IMG/VR virus record: IMGVR_UViG_3300024308_000049
Coordinates: 1 to 36,023 of that record
Direction: 5' to 3' (one strand)
DNA length: 36,023 bases
From: a virus
Taxonomy: Duplodnaviria; Caudoviricetes
Position numbers and translations under genes: made by a program. A model generated the notes under the pieces. That model searched no databases and was not told the origin of the DNA. It was given only the letters and a program-made list of their open reading frames with translations. Shown piece after piece: positions 8,812 to 17,827 of this stretch (the first letter of the stretch is position 1; every line of letters starts with the position of its first letter).

Positions 8812-9834
8812 TCACACCACCTTGGCGAAGATGAAGGCGTCGGGCTCCAGCAGGGCAGCCAGCGGCGCGGATTGCAGTTTCAGCCAGCGAGCGCTCGGCT
8901 CCGGGGTGACCCAGGATTTCGGGAAGCGACGCGCTTCTACCAGGCCGCTCTCGATGGCATCGAGATCCTGAATGGCGCCGCACAGCACACCGTTACGGGT
9001 ATTGGTGGAACCGAGAATGATGCCGCCCGCGCTGATGATCGGCTGCTCAACCTCCTCGGCATCCAGGTACCACTCGTCGTAGGCATACAGATCGATGCCC
9101 GGATCGTTCAGGTAGCCCAGGTAAGTGACGCCATCCGGCAGCTCTTCGGGCTTGATGATGCCCAGGTCAACACGGCGGGTGTTGAGCATCTTCATCACCA
9201 TGTCGTTGGCCTGGAAGGCGTCGACAGCCTCGGCGCTCATCACACCGACGTTGGCGGTGCGGCCGGAGTCTTTCGCGATCTTGCGCTTCCAGCCTCGCAG
9301 GTTACCGATGGGGTTGGAGCCGGCGGCATCCCACTTACCGGTGGTGAGGGTGATCTTGTGGTCGGATGCCATCAGGAAATCGATGGTGTCATCCACGCCC
9401 TCACCCACCACACGAATCTGGCCGGTGGTCAGCGCCTGGGCGCACATCCACTCTTCACGGCGGGTGATTTCCTCATCCAGCTCAGCCAGATCCTTACCGA
9501 GCTGTTCGGCGGCACGCATGGCCGGCGGCTTGCTGGCGTAGGGGTTCTCACCTGGCGAGCGCTTCAGAATCAGTTCCGCCTCAGTCTCGCGCTTCGGCTG
9601 AATGTAGGGCGGAGTGTAGGTGTCGCTGCGGAAGCCTTCACGAAGGCTGTTGCTGCCGGGCAGGCGCGGGTGAACGAACGGCGCCATCTTGCGCTTGCCT
9701 TTGACGATGTCGATCTCCACCGTCTTGGTCGGGAAGGTGCGACCGGCACGGAAGAAGGTATCCATCAGGAAGCGGCGCGCCGGCTTCATCTGCTCGACGG
9801 CGTCGAGCATGGTACGGGTGTCGAAAATATCCAT
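8812..9834 (-). CDS. Major capsid protein, lambda gpE family
   Basis: 340 aa with MAPFVHP, PPYIQPK, RREEWMCAQAL and C-terminal QSAPL motifs. Confidence 0.95.
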   Translation of the reverse strand: MDIFDTRTMLDAVEQMKPARRFLMDTFFRAGRTFPTKTVEIDIVKGKRKMAPFVHPRLPGSNSLREGFRSDTYTPPYIQPKRETEAELILKRSPGENPYASKPPAMRAAEQLGKDLAELDEEITRREEWMCAQALTTGQIRVVGEGVDDTIDFLMASDHKITLTTGKWDAAGSNPIGNLRGWKRKIAKDSGRTANVGVMSAEAVDAFQANDMVMKMLNTRRVDLGIIKPEELPDGVTYLGYLNDPGIDLYAYDEWYLDAEEVEQPIISAGGIILGSTNTRNGVLCGAIQDLDAIESGLVEARRFPKSWVTPEPSARWLKLQSAPLAALLEPDAFIFAKVV

Positions 9835-9849
9835 CGGTGTCTGCTCCTA

Positions 9850-10200
9850 TCAGCGGACGAACAGGGAAAGGGGGCGCAGCGCGGCTTTCACCGCGGCAAC
9901 GGTATGGCCGGTGCCAAGGGTCAGCTCAGCGCCGAGCACTTCGCCGGTGAGCATCAGCGGCGCTGGTGCAGCGCCACCCGTGGTGTCGATGTCGACATCG
10001 AGCACCACGACAGGCACTTCGGAGCCGTCCGAGGCGGCGGCCAGCGAGAGCTTGTACTGGCCATCGGCGGTGACTTTGCCAAGCACGGCGCCGCGCACCA
10101 GCTGCTGGCCAGCGGCGATAACGCCGGACTCTTTCACCTGCGGGAAGTCGCCCGCGATCAGGCGATCCGGGGTGTAAGTGACACGAGTAGGGTTCGGCAT
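9850..10200 (-). CDS. Head decoration protein, lambda gpD family
   Basis: 116 aa with L-x-RGAVLG...SDGSEVPVVVL; lies between protease and capsid genes. Confidence 0.9.
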   Translation of the reverse strand: MPNPTRVTYTPDRLIAGDFPQVKESGVIAAGQQLVRGAVLGKVTADGQYKLSLAAASDGSEVPVVVLDVDIDTTGGAAPAPLMLTGEVLGAELTLGTGHTVAAVKAALRPLSLFVR

Positions 10201-10212
10201 GACGGCCTCCTA

Positions 10213-10608
10213 TCAGCGGGCATTGGCGCCGGCGACAATCGCGGCGACAGTGGATTTGTGCTCGGCCTGGGCTTTCTCGTCGGCCGTTTTGGTGGCGGCA
10301 GTCTTGACGCCTTGGGCGTCCGACTTGATGCCGTCGATGCTGATGCCGCGATCCTGCGCAGCCTTGAACAGCGCCAGGGCGGTAGCTTCGACGCTGGAGC
10401 CGTTCTCGATGGCCGCACTGATCTCGGCCTCGAAGCCCTTAACAGCCAGGGCGTTGATGCCGTTGATGCGATCACGCTCGGCCTTGGCGGCTTCCGACTT
10501 CACCGCAGCAGTGTCGACCTGCTCAGGCGCGGCGATCTGGATGGTCTGCGGGTCAGTGCCGGCCGCCAGTGCCTGCTGCAGCTCCGCTGTGGTTTTCACA
10601 ATGGTCAT
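10213..10608 (-). CDS. Putative nested scaffolding protein (Nu3-like), in frame within the protease gene
   Basis: In-frame ATG 10608 preceded by GAGGAAACTCAGC; 131 aa Ala-rich product; same layout as lambda C/Nu3. Confidence 0.6.
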   Translation of the reverse strand: MTIVKTTAELQQALAAGTDPQTIQIAAPEQVDTAAVKSEAAKAERDRINGINALAVKGFEAEISAAIENGSSVEATALALFKAAQDRGISIDGIKSDAQGVKTAATKTADEKAQAEHKSTVAAIVAGANAR

Positions 10609-11436
10609 GCTGAGTTTCCTCGTGGTGTTGCTGGCAGGGCCGGCCAGTTCGGCGATCAGGGTTTCCAGCGAGCCCAGGCGATGCGCCAGGCCCGCCTTGA
10701 CAGCGGCGGCACCGACCATCAGGCCGCCGTGGTCGCCCATTGCGGGCACCTTGTCGGCATCGACACCGAGGTTGCGTGCGACCTTGGCGACGAACACGTC
10801 ACCCAGGGCGTCGATGGTTTTGGAGATTTCGGCCCGGCCCTCTTCGGTGGAGATGTCAGGGCGCTTGTTGGGAGCGTTGCGGCTGGTGATCGTCCACCGC
10901 TTCTCGCCCTCGCGGGCTTCGCGGGTGAGCACCTCCACAACGACACCGATGCTGCCCATCAGGGCGGTATCGTCGACGACCAGTTCATCAGCGGCCGAGG
11001 CGACCCAATAGGCACCGCTGGCCACACTGCCGCCGCCGTATGCTTTGATGGGCTTCTTGCCCCGGGCGGCGTGGATCATGTCGGACAGTTCGTTGATGCC
11101 GTTGGCCTCGCCACCTGGGCTGTCGACGTTGAAGACGATGGCCTTGACCTTCGGGTCGTCCAGCGCCGTCTGGAAGTCGGTGGCCAGCTCCTGCGTGCTG
11201 GTCGCCCCGCTGATGCGGGTGAACAGGTTCGCGTAGCGCATGATCGGGCCGACCACCGGAATGATCGCCACGCCGTTGCGTACAGTGACGGCACGAGTGT
11301 TTTCCAACTGGCGACCCAGGCGCGCCTCCAGCGCCTCCGGGTCGCCTTGCCGATCAGCAATCGCCATCAGCCCATCCAGGGCGTCAGGCAGCATCAGCCA
11401 GGGCCGCGAAGCGGCCAGCTCAAAAGCTCGGGACAT
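10213..11436 (-). CDS. S49 family head maturation protease (lambda gpC-like) with C-terminal scaffold
   Basis: VDSPGG, ASGAYWVASAAD and GSIGV motifs. Confidence 0.95.
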   Translation of the reverse strand: MSRAFELAASRPWLMLPDALDGLMAIADRQGDPEALEARLGRQLENTRAVTVRNGVAIIPVVGPIMRYANLFTRISGATSTQELATDFQTALDDPKVKAIVFNVDSPGGEANGINELSDMIHAARGKKPIKAYGGGSVASGAYWVASAADELVVDDTALMGSIGVVVEVLTREAREGEKRWTITSRNAPNKRPDISTEEGRAEISKTIDALGDVFVAKVARNLGVDADKVPAMGDHGGLMVGAAAVKAGLAHRLGSLETLIAELAGPASNTTRKLSMTIVKTTAELQQALAAGTDPQTIQIAAPEQVDTAAVKSEAAKAERDRINGINALAVKGFEAEISAAIENGSSVEATALALFKAAQDRGISIDGIKSDAQGVKTAATKTADEKAQAEHKSTVAAIVAGANAR

Positions 11437-11439
11437 GAG

Positions 11440-13053
11440 TTATTCCTCGTCGGGGTTCGCCGGGGGCTTTGCTGGCTCCGGCGTGCCGTTCTTGGTGTCG
11501 TAGGGCATGCCGGCTACGCGCCGTTGTTCCACTTCGCGGCGGCGCTGGGCAAACACCATTTGCCAGGGCTCACCGGTCATGGCGGCGGTTTCCAGGGTTT
11601 CGTTGCTGAGCCCGCCTTCGATCCGCTCACGCGCGGCCTTGGCTTCCTTGAGCTCGTCGATTGCGCCGCGGGCCGGCCCGATCCAGAGCGCCTGGCAGTA
11701 AGCCTTGCGCTTGGCTGGGTCGTTGTAGCCAGGGAGGCTGATCATTCCCCGCGCCACAGCTTCGTCGATGATCAGTTCCCGGCTGGGCTGGCAGAAGTCA
11801 CAGGTCAGCCACCAACGCCGCAGGATGTAGAAGCGCCAGGCCTGCAGCATCGCGGCACGCGCTGCGCTGTAGCTGCTGTTGTAGTGCAGCAGCAGCTCCT
11901 CGAAAGGCAGCTCAAGCGCCGCGCCGATTTCCTTCACCACGGCCACGAAGAACGGATCGAACTGCGCGTTTGGCCGAGCCGGGTTGGCGATGCTCGCCTT
12001 CTCGCCCTTGCCGAGATCGACAATGGCACCCTCGCCCAGCGCGATATCCTCCCCACCCGCATCGTCGGTGCTGTAGCCCTCATCCCCTCCGGCAAGGGCA
12101 GCCAGGCTCATCTTGCCTTCGTCGAAGTCACCGCTCTTCTCGATGAAGACGGTGAACATCGCAGAGATGACTGCGGCCATCAGTTCGGCGCTGCTGTAGC
12201 GCTCGAGCTTCTGCAGGGGCTCCAGCACAGCAGCCAGGTAAGGGGCGCCACGCTTCTGCATGGGGCGATCCTTGTCCGCCATCACATGCAGCACCCGGCG
12301 CCGGCCGGTTTCGGCGCCAACAGCCTCGAGGGTTTCCCAGGCCATCGCCCCGCCCACGTCGTACTCACCCGGGTAGCCCGAGCAAACGTGGTAACGGATG
12401 GCGTCCCCCAGTGCACCGAACTCGACTCCATCCACCAGGTTGGCGGTATCAGGATGAAGGTTCGGGTTGCACACGCGCTCCGACTCGATCAGCTGCAGGC
12501 GCGTACTGAACAAGCATCCGGGTCGTTCCTCGTCGGGGCTGGCCACGAACACGTCACCACCAACCAGAGCAGACACCAGTACCAGCGCTTGAAGCTGGTA
12601 GTGGTTCAACGCGGCCTCGGCATCGCACTCGCGCGGGTCATCGGCATACAGCGACCAGATGCGGTCGAGCTGGCCATTCAGCTGCTCACCCTCTTCTTCG
12701 GTGAGGCCCAGCGCCTGGTAGTCCACCTGTGCCCGGCAAACCAGCCCGGTACCGACGATGTTGGTGCGGCAACGCATGATCGCGGCGCGCGCGATCAGGT
12801 GGTTACGCAGGGCGTCCCGCGACCTAGCCACCAGCATCGCCCGTTCGTTGGCTGGCAAGGATCGGCGCGGGCTAGAAAGCCCAGGTATCCAACTGGCCAT
12901 GCTGCGCAGGATTCGCGAAGCACCACGCCAACGCGTCTCGACCCCACCACCACCGCCTTGGGCGACGATCTTCTCCGGTGTCGCCGTTGCACGTGCCAAG
13001 CGAATGGCCTCTCGCATCAGCAGCTCTTCAGGCTTCTTTCGGAAAAAGCCCAT
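11440..13053 (-). CDS. Portal protein, lambda gpB family
   Basis: 537 aa with ARSRDALRN, LQLIESERV, YSAARAAML and IDELKE motifs. Confidence 0.95.
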   Translation of the reverse strand: MGFFRKKPEELLMREAIRLARATATPEKIVAQGGGGGVETRWRGASRILRSMASWIPGLSSPRRSLPANERAMLVARSRDALRNHLIARAAIMRCRTNIVGTGLVCRAQVDYQALGLTEEEGEQLNGQLDRIWSLYADDPRECDAEAALNHYQLQALVLVSALVGGDVFVASPDEERPGCLFSTRLQLIESERVCNPNLHPDTANLVDGVEFGALGDAIRYHVCSGYPGEYDVGGAMAWETLEAVGAETGRRRVLHVMADKDRPMQKRGAPYLAAVLEPLQKLERYSSAELMAAVISAMFTVFIEKSGDFDEGKMSLAALAGGDEGYSTDDAGGEDIALGEGAIVDLGKGEKASIANPARPNAQFDPFFVAVVKEIGAALELPFEELLLHYNSSYSAARAAMLQAWRFYILRRWWLTCDFCQPSRELIIDEAVARGMISLPGYNDPAKRKAYCQALWIGPARGAIDELKEAKAARERIEGGLSNETLETAAMTGEPWQMVFAQRRREVEQRRVAGMPYDTKNGTPEPAKPPANPDEE

Positions 13054-13055
13054 GG

Positions 13056-13271
13056 TCAGATCCTCGCAAAGACGATGCGGCTACGACCACGGCCGGTGCG
13101 CTGGGCTTGTTCCGCAGCGACCTCGGCTGCCAGTTGCCCCTCAAGCACGCGCAGGCTGGCCAGCTCGGCGCGCTGAACCTCTCGGTCGCCCTTGCGCACG
13201 CGCTGACCCTTTTCAAGGATGGAGCGAATCGCCGCCCGGCAAGACGCCAGGCGCTGTTGTGCATCGGTCAT
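13056..13271 (-). CDS. Head completion protein gpW-like
   Basis: 71 aa between terminase and portal; GQRVRKGDREVQRAELASL. Confidence 0.8.
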   Translation of the reverse strand: MTDAQQRLASCRAAIRSILEKGQRVRKGDREVQRAELASLRVLEGQLAAEVAAEQAQRTGRGRSRIVFARI

Positions 13272-13279
13272 GGTTCACC

Positions 13280-15298
13280 TCAGTGGCCGGCGCGGCTGCG
13301 CGTACCTCGGCCACGTGGCTTGGCACGGCGAGGCGTGGCGTTTACAGGTTGCTCGGCGCTGGAGAACAGCGTCGGCTGCATCAGTTGCTGCTCGATCTGA
13401 TCCCATTCGGAATCGCGGAGCAGGTGTGTTTTCAGGCTACGCGCGGCATGCAGGGCGTACACCTCGCAGTCCAGCGCTTCGTTGCGCCGTCCGGCCTTCT
13501 TCTGCCAGACCATCTTGCTGGGGCTGCGCGGGTGCGGTGCCAGCACTTCGTTGGTCAATTGCTCGAAGTAGTCCGGCCGGATCTCGGCGTACCAGTGCAT
13601 GCGGCCAGGGCCAGACCCGGGCAGCCGAAGCCGCGCATCGATCAGCGTCTTCGCCTTGTGGGTGCCGACGATGTGCACACGCAGGCCGTACTTGGCGGCC
13701 TTGGTGTTCGCCTGGTTGGTGTCAACGGACTGCGGTGGCTTGGAGTAGATTTCCTTATCGCGGCTGTCCACTGAAGCGCCCTTGATCGCCATGATGTTCA
13801 CGTGCGACCGATTGCGGACGTAGGTGTAAACCGCGTCGTTGGTGTTGCCGTCCGAGCTGTCGATGCTCACGCCGGCAACGGCCAACTGGCAGCCGTACTC
13901 CGACGGGATCGGCGTGGCGAGCAGCTTGTCCAGCTCAGTCCATACCGGGTCGTTCGGGTCGATGGGGTTGCCCGGCAGTTCGCCCCAATAGATGCGCCAC
14001 GACTCCTCACCACGGCCATAACCAACGATGGTCACCGCAAGGCGGTCGCCCTGTACGTCGACACCAGCCGTGACCAATAGCACGCCCTTCGGCGCAGTCA
14101 GTTCGGCGTAGGCTTCGGCGCGCTTCGCCAGTTCGTCCGTCTTCGGCGCGTCACTTTTGTACTCGTAGCTTTCGCCCTTCTGGCTGTTGGTGAAGGCGAT
14201 CATCGGGCCGATGTTGCCGCGCTCGGCGGCGTACTCGGCCTGCAGTTTCTTCTCCATCAGCACTTGGAAACGCGAACCGTAGAACGTGGCATACAGCTCG
14301 TTCAGCACGTAGCCAGCAACACCACGGAACTCGGCAGTAGCCACCCAGCGGCCATGCTTCAGGTTGGCGTTCTTCTGGTTATCGTCCCAGCTACAGCCAC
14401 AATGCGGACAGGCGTAGTAAGTCAGCTCGGGGCGCTTGTGCCCGTAGACCTCATGATGGAAGTCAGGGTCGTCCGCGCAGTGCAGGTGATCGAAGCTCAG
14501 TGCATGCTCTTCGCCGCATTCGTGACAAGGGACCATGCCCAGTCGCTTATCGGATAGCTCCATCTCGGCTTCGATGGCCGAGAGACCCTTGAGCGTTGGC
14601 GTACCGCCGATGATCAGCTTGCTGCGCCGGAACGTCTTCATCCGTTCCTTTGCCAGCTTGATGCTGTCGCCCTGCCCCCGAAGGTTCAGGTTGCAGTCGT
14701 CCGGCTCTTCCACGCCAACGCGCGGTACCGGCGTCGACTTCACACTGGCCGGGCTGTTGGAGCCGACCATCTTGAGGAAGCCGCCCGGAAACTTCTTGAA
14801 GTCCTGACGCTGCTGCAGCCGGCGGCTGCGCATATCGACCCGCTTACGGAGCCGCGGCGTCGCCTCGATCATCGGCTCCAGCTTCTCGCCCACGTACTGC
14901 TTGACGGCTTCAGCCTTCGGGAACAGCACGAGGATCGGCGACGGGTCGATGTCGATCCATTTCGCGATGGCATTCCCCAGCACGCCGGACGTCCACGCCA
15001 CCTGGGCCGACTTGATGCCGACCACCTCATGTACTGCAGGATCATCAATGGCTTCGAGCGGGCCGCCTGGCCAGATCAGATGCGGGGTAATATCGAAGCG
15101 GTACTTGCCGGGGCGCGCAGCTTCGACCGGTGAGAGCCAGCGGTACTTGGTCGCCCATTCGATAATGGACATACGCGGTGGCGGCGCCCACTTGCGACTG
15201 ATGCGCTTGAGCGCCTTAGTCGCCGTCTTCTTCAGCTGCCTCCGAATCATCCGATTCGTCAGGATCCCCGTCTGACGGGTCGTCGTCATCCAGGTCAT
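13280..15298 (-). CDS. Terminase large subunit, lambda gpA family (true start may be somewhat downstream)
   Basis: KSAQVAWT Walker A variant, VGVEEPD, GVDVQ nuclease motif, RRNEALDC. Confidence 0.95.
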   Translation of the reverse strand: MTWMTTTRQTGILTNRMIRRQLKKTATKALKRISRKWAPPPRMSIIEWATKYRWLSPVEAARPGKYRFDITPHLIWPGGPLEAIDDPAVHEVVGIKSAQVAWTSGVLGNAIAKWIDIDPSPILVLFPKAEAVKQYVGEKLEPMIEATPRLRKRVDMRSRRLQQRQDFKKFPGGFLKMVGSNSPASVKSTPVPRVGVEEPDDCNLNLRGQGDSIKLAKERMKTFRRSKLIIGGTPTLKGLSAIEAEMELSDKRLGMVPCHECGEEHALSFDHLHCADDPDFHHEVYGHKRPELTYYACPHCGCSWDDNQKNANLKHGRWVATAEFRGVAGYVLNELYATFYGSRFQVLMEKKLQAEYAAERGNIGPMIAFTNSQKGESYEYKSDAPKTDELAKRAEAYAELTAPKGVLLVTAGVDVQGDRLAVTIVGYGRGEESWRIYWGELPGNPIDPNDPVWTELDKLLATPIPSEYGCQLAVAGVSIDSSDGNTNDAVYTYVRNRSHVNIMAIKGASVDSRDKEIYSKPPQSVDTNQANTKAAKYGLRVHIVGTHKAKTLIDARLRLPGSGPGRMHWYAEIRPDYFEQLTNEVLAPHPRSPSKMVWQKKAGRRNEALDCEVYALHAARSLKTHLLRDSEWDQIEQQLMQPTLFSSAEQPVNATPRRAKPRGRGTRSRAGH

Positions 15299-15743
15299 AG
15301 TTCGCTAGCTCATTCAGGATGGTTTCCAGCGGCTCGCGAATCAGCTGGATATCAACATCGATTCCGTAGCGGGCCGAGAGGTCGGCGGCCAGGTTCTCGG
15401 TGTAGGTGTTGAGCAGTTCGACCTTGGCGACGGTGATCATCGACTCGAAGCGCTCCAGCAGATCGCCGAGCACCACTACCTCTTCCAGGTCTTTCGCCAG
15501 GGCCAGCTCTTCGCGGTCGCCCTTGATGCGGTCAAGTCGGTCGCGCACCGACTCTTTCTTGCCGTTGAGCGCAGCCACCTGCACAAGCCAGCCGATCACC
15601 TCTTCGGTGTCGTACTGGTTTTCGTTGCCGCGACCCAGGCCGATCTCTTGCACCGGCATGCCTTCGCGCTGCCAGCGGCTGAGGGTGCGTTCATCGCGTC
15701 CAACAATCTCAGCCAGGCCGGCCTTGGAAACCTTCAGGCCCAT
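15216..15743 (-). CDS. Terminase small subunit (Nu1-like)
   Basis: N-terminal winged HTH VSKAGLAEIVGRDERTLSRWQREGMP. Confidence 0.92.
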   Translation of the reverse strand: MGLKVSKAGLAEIVGRDERTLSRWQREGMPVQEIGLGRGNENQYDTEEVIGWLVQVAALNGKKESVRDRLDRIKGDREELALAKDLEEVVVLGDLLERFESMITVAKVELLNTYTENLAADLSARYGIDVDIQLIREPLETILNELANYDLDDDDPSDGDPDESDDSEAAEEDGD

Positions 15744-15789
15744 ACCTAACCCCTTGAAAAGACGGACATCCCTAGCAAAACCTCAGCTA

Positions 15790-15845
15790 GAGAGAAAACG
15801 TGGCTCGAATTACCCGTACCCCCCTCGGGGTAGCAGGGAGGACCC
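15790..15845 (-). other. Putative cos site (cosQ plus cosN)
   Basis: Minus strand GGGTCCT (15845-15839, identical to lambda cosQ), then 23-24 nt ending TAC(G), then GGTAATTCGAGC CACGTTTTC, just upstream of the small terminase as in lambda. Confidence 0.7.
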
Positions 15846-15873
15846 GCTGCCGATTGCGGCACGCCAATCCCCC

Positions 15874-16647
15874 TCAGCGGCGCCGGCGGCTCGGCAGGCT
15901 GGGCAGCCGACCGGCCAACGCATCGGCGATGGCCTTGTCGATGTTCGCTTCGAGCTGCGCGTCGTTCTCTGCGACCCGGCGCACCACGTCATGGAACTTG
16001 AAGCGCTCGCGGTACTGCGGTTGGCGGACGAAGGCGAGCACCATCGCCACGCTCTTCCCACGCCGCTCGGCAATACCGATGGGCGTCTTGCCGCGCTTCA
16101 TCACGAAGAACGCCAGCGCGTGCCCCTTACGCAGTGAGCGCCGGCTATCAGTCGCAGCGTTGTCCGAACCCGATAGCTTCATCGCCTTCAAGCCCGACAG
16201 GATCTGCGTCATGTGCCCCTTCTGGATATTCCCGTAGGCATCCAGCCGAGCACCGGCCGCCGGCACGACGAAGCGGCCAGCCGGCAGAATCCCCGACTCG
16301 CGCAAGTACTTCTCCGACCGGCGCGTGATCCGCTCCCCGCCTTCGACTTGCGGCAGCAGATAGTCCTCAGCGCTGAATGGATTCTTGCCCGTGCCCTGAT
16401 CCTGTACCCACACCGCTGCTTCAGGGTCAGCCGATGGCTTGGCGTGGATGATACGAATCGAGTTAAGCACCCACGGCGTTGGCCTCGGGTTGAACACATC
16501 TTCCATCTCAGCCCGCAGCGCGATGCGCGCTTGGTTGGCCGTATGGTTGAGTGCATCCGCCAGCGCCCGAGGAGCGAGCCCGCCGCCCAGCTTCTGCAGC
16601 GCGGCCAGTGCATCGTCCAAGTCCCGGGCGTTGATGCTGCCCTTCAC
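15874..16647 (-). CDS. Putative tail-completion/neck protein (gpZ-like N-terminus)
   Basis: 257 aa basic protein; RALADALNHTANQAR pattern resembles gpZ-type proteins; start overlaps the holin stop. Confidence 0.55.
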   Translation of the reverse strand: MKGSINARDLDDALAALQKLGGGLAPRALADALNHTANQARIALRAEMEDVFNPRPTPWVLNSIRIIHAKPSADPEAAVWVQDQGTGKNPFSAEDYLLPQVEGGERITRRSEKYLRESGILPAGRFVVPAAGARLDAYGNIQKGHMTQILSGLKAMKLSGSDNAATDSRRSLRKGHALAFFVMKRGKTPIGIAERRGKSVAMVLAFVRQPQYRERFKFHDVVRRVAENDAQLEANIDKAIADALAGRLPSLPSRRRR

Positions 16648-16988
16648 TCGCCCGTCTCGCGCGGCGGCACATCACACACCCCCGCCCGCTTGGCCAGCCA
16701 GCGCTCATACAACCCGCTGGCTACGTCAGCGCCCATGGTGGCAACCACGAAGCCGATGGCCGCAGCAACCAGCACATGTGCGCCGGCCGCCCAGATCAGC
16801 AGTAACGTACTCAGGCCAAACACAACCGAGGCCCCGGCTCTGAGCGCAACTCGATAGACCAGATCCCAGCCCCGCAACCCAGCCTTGTCCGCGCGCCACA
16901 TCTCGCCGCTGAATCCAGCGACGATGGCGATAACCACAACTACCCAAATGGGCAGCTCAGCCAAGGCCTGCTGTTGCTCTTGAGTCAT
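16644..16988 (-). CDS. Holin, Pseudomonas pyocin PA0614-like
   Basis: 114 aa with hydrophobic segments; SGEMWRADKAG and GLYERW motifs recalled from the R/F-pyocin holin. Confidence 0.88.
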   Translation of the reverse strand: MTQEQQQALAELPIWVVVVIAIVAGFSGEMWRADKAGLRGWDLVYRVALRAGASVVFGLSTLLLIWAAGAHVLVAAAIGFVVATMGADVASGLYERWLAKRAGVCDVPPRETGE

Positions 16989-17011
16989 AACCGCACCTCA
17001 CAGGCCAGAAT

Positions 17012-17032
17012 AAAAAACCCGCGTGCCGCGGG
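17012..17032 (-). terminator. Second late-leader terminator
   Basis: CCCGCG-gca-CGCGGG-TTTTTT on the minus strand. Confidence 0.75.
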
Positions 17033-17068
17033 AACGGCTGCCGCCCCTGCCACGGTAGCGTCAGCCAG

Positions 17069-17096
17069 AAAAGACAAAGCCCCGCAAGGCGGGGCT
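17069..17096 (-). terminator. First late-leader terminator (tR'-like)
   Basis: AGCCCCGC-ctt-GCGGGGCT-TTGTCTTTT on the minus strand. Confidence 0.75.
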
Positions 17097-17176
17097 CTGA
17101 ATCCGAGTCGGGTCTCGGGTTGTGCGACACAGCACGTGGCGCTCTGTTGCTCGGTAGGCGTACCTATCGAATCGTG
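17069..17176 (-). ncRNA. Candidate ~105-nt late-leader small RNA (pR' to tR')
   Basis: Lies between a candidate promoter and a terminator; multi-hairpin; contains CCACGUGCUGUGUCG, complementary to motifs in the early transcripts. Ends are inferred. Confidence 0.5.
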
Positions 17177-17181
17177 GTGAC

Positions 17182-17210
17182 TTTGTACCCCTCGAGTGAC
17201 AAACCGAAAA
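17182..17210 (-). promoter_or_regulatory. Candidate late promoter pR'
   Basis: TTTTCG-17 bp-TACAAA, located between the Q-like gene and the terminators. Confidence 0.4.
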
Positions 17211-17262
17211 GTCCCTTTTATGGGTTATCCCAGCCGGCGCCCTTCGGAGCCTTGCCAGCGCC

Positions 17263-17805
17263 TTATGGAGCCGAGTCGCCCGACGAGCGGTCAACCTTCA
17301 ACTCAAGGCCACGCCCGCGGTGGGCCGCATCCGCCTGCTTCAACGATGCCCGGCGCACACGGTCGCCATCCCGGCGCGACTCCCGCCGCATCACCGTCAG
17401 CTTGCCCTGGCGTTCCAGCAGCCCGGCCTGCAGGCGCTCATGCAGCACGCCCACCTGCCGGTAGTACGCCCGCCGCCCTGCATCGCCGCGCCCCAGCTCC
17501 AGGGCATCCACCTGCTCGTCGATGGTCAGCCTGGGTTCGTTGCGGTACCGCGCATAGGCCAACCGCACCAGTGCCGCGCCGCCCTCCTGCCGCTCGATGC
17601 CGTACAGCACCTGGTTCACCTCAGCCGCTGCGTAATCCGGCCCGGCGCCGGCAACCAGCAGCTTCGCGCCATACACCCCGCCACGCGGCGCACAGCCGGC
17701 GAACTCGACGATAGTGCCCATGGTGCTGGGCAAACCGCCCCCCAGGCCGTTCTGGGCCAACTGCTCGCCCCAATGCCTCAACAGCGTCTCGACAGCCTCG
17801 ATCAT
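17263..17805 (-). CDS. Putative late antiterminator (Q position; resembles pyocin-locus PA0613)
   Basis: LLRHWGEQ N-terminus and C-terminal sigma4-like helix (LAYARY...RRAYYRQV); directly upstream of the terminated leader and holin. Confidence 0.6.
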   Translation of the reverse strand: MIEAVETLLRHWGEQLAQNGLGGGLPSTMGTIVEFAGCAPRGGVYGAKLLVAGAGPDYAAAEVNQVLYGIERQEGGAALVRLAYARYRNEPRLTIDEQVDALELGRGDAGRRAYYRQVGVLHERLQAGLLERQGKLTVMRRESRRDGDRVRRASLKQADAAHRGRGLELKVDRSSGDSAP

Positions 17806-17827
17806 TGTTGTGCCCGCCCCGTAGTGA

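Noticed and set aside
8770-13176. 1468-aa plus-strand ORF
   Set aside because: Antisense shadow of the capsid, protease and portal genes, typical of high-GC DNA; no recognisable motifs.
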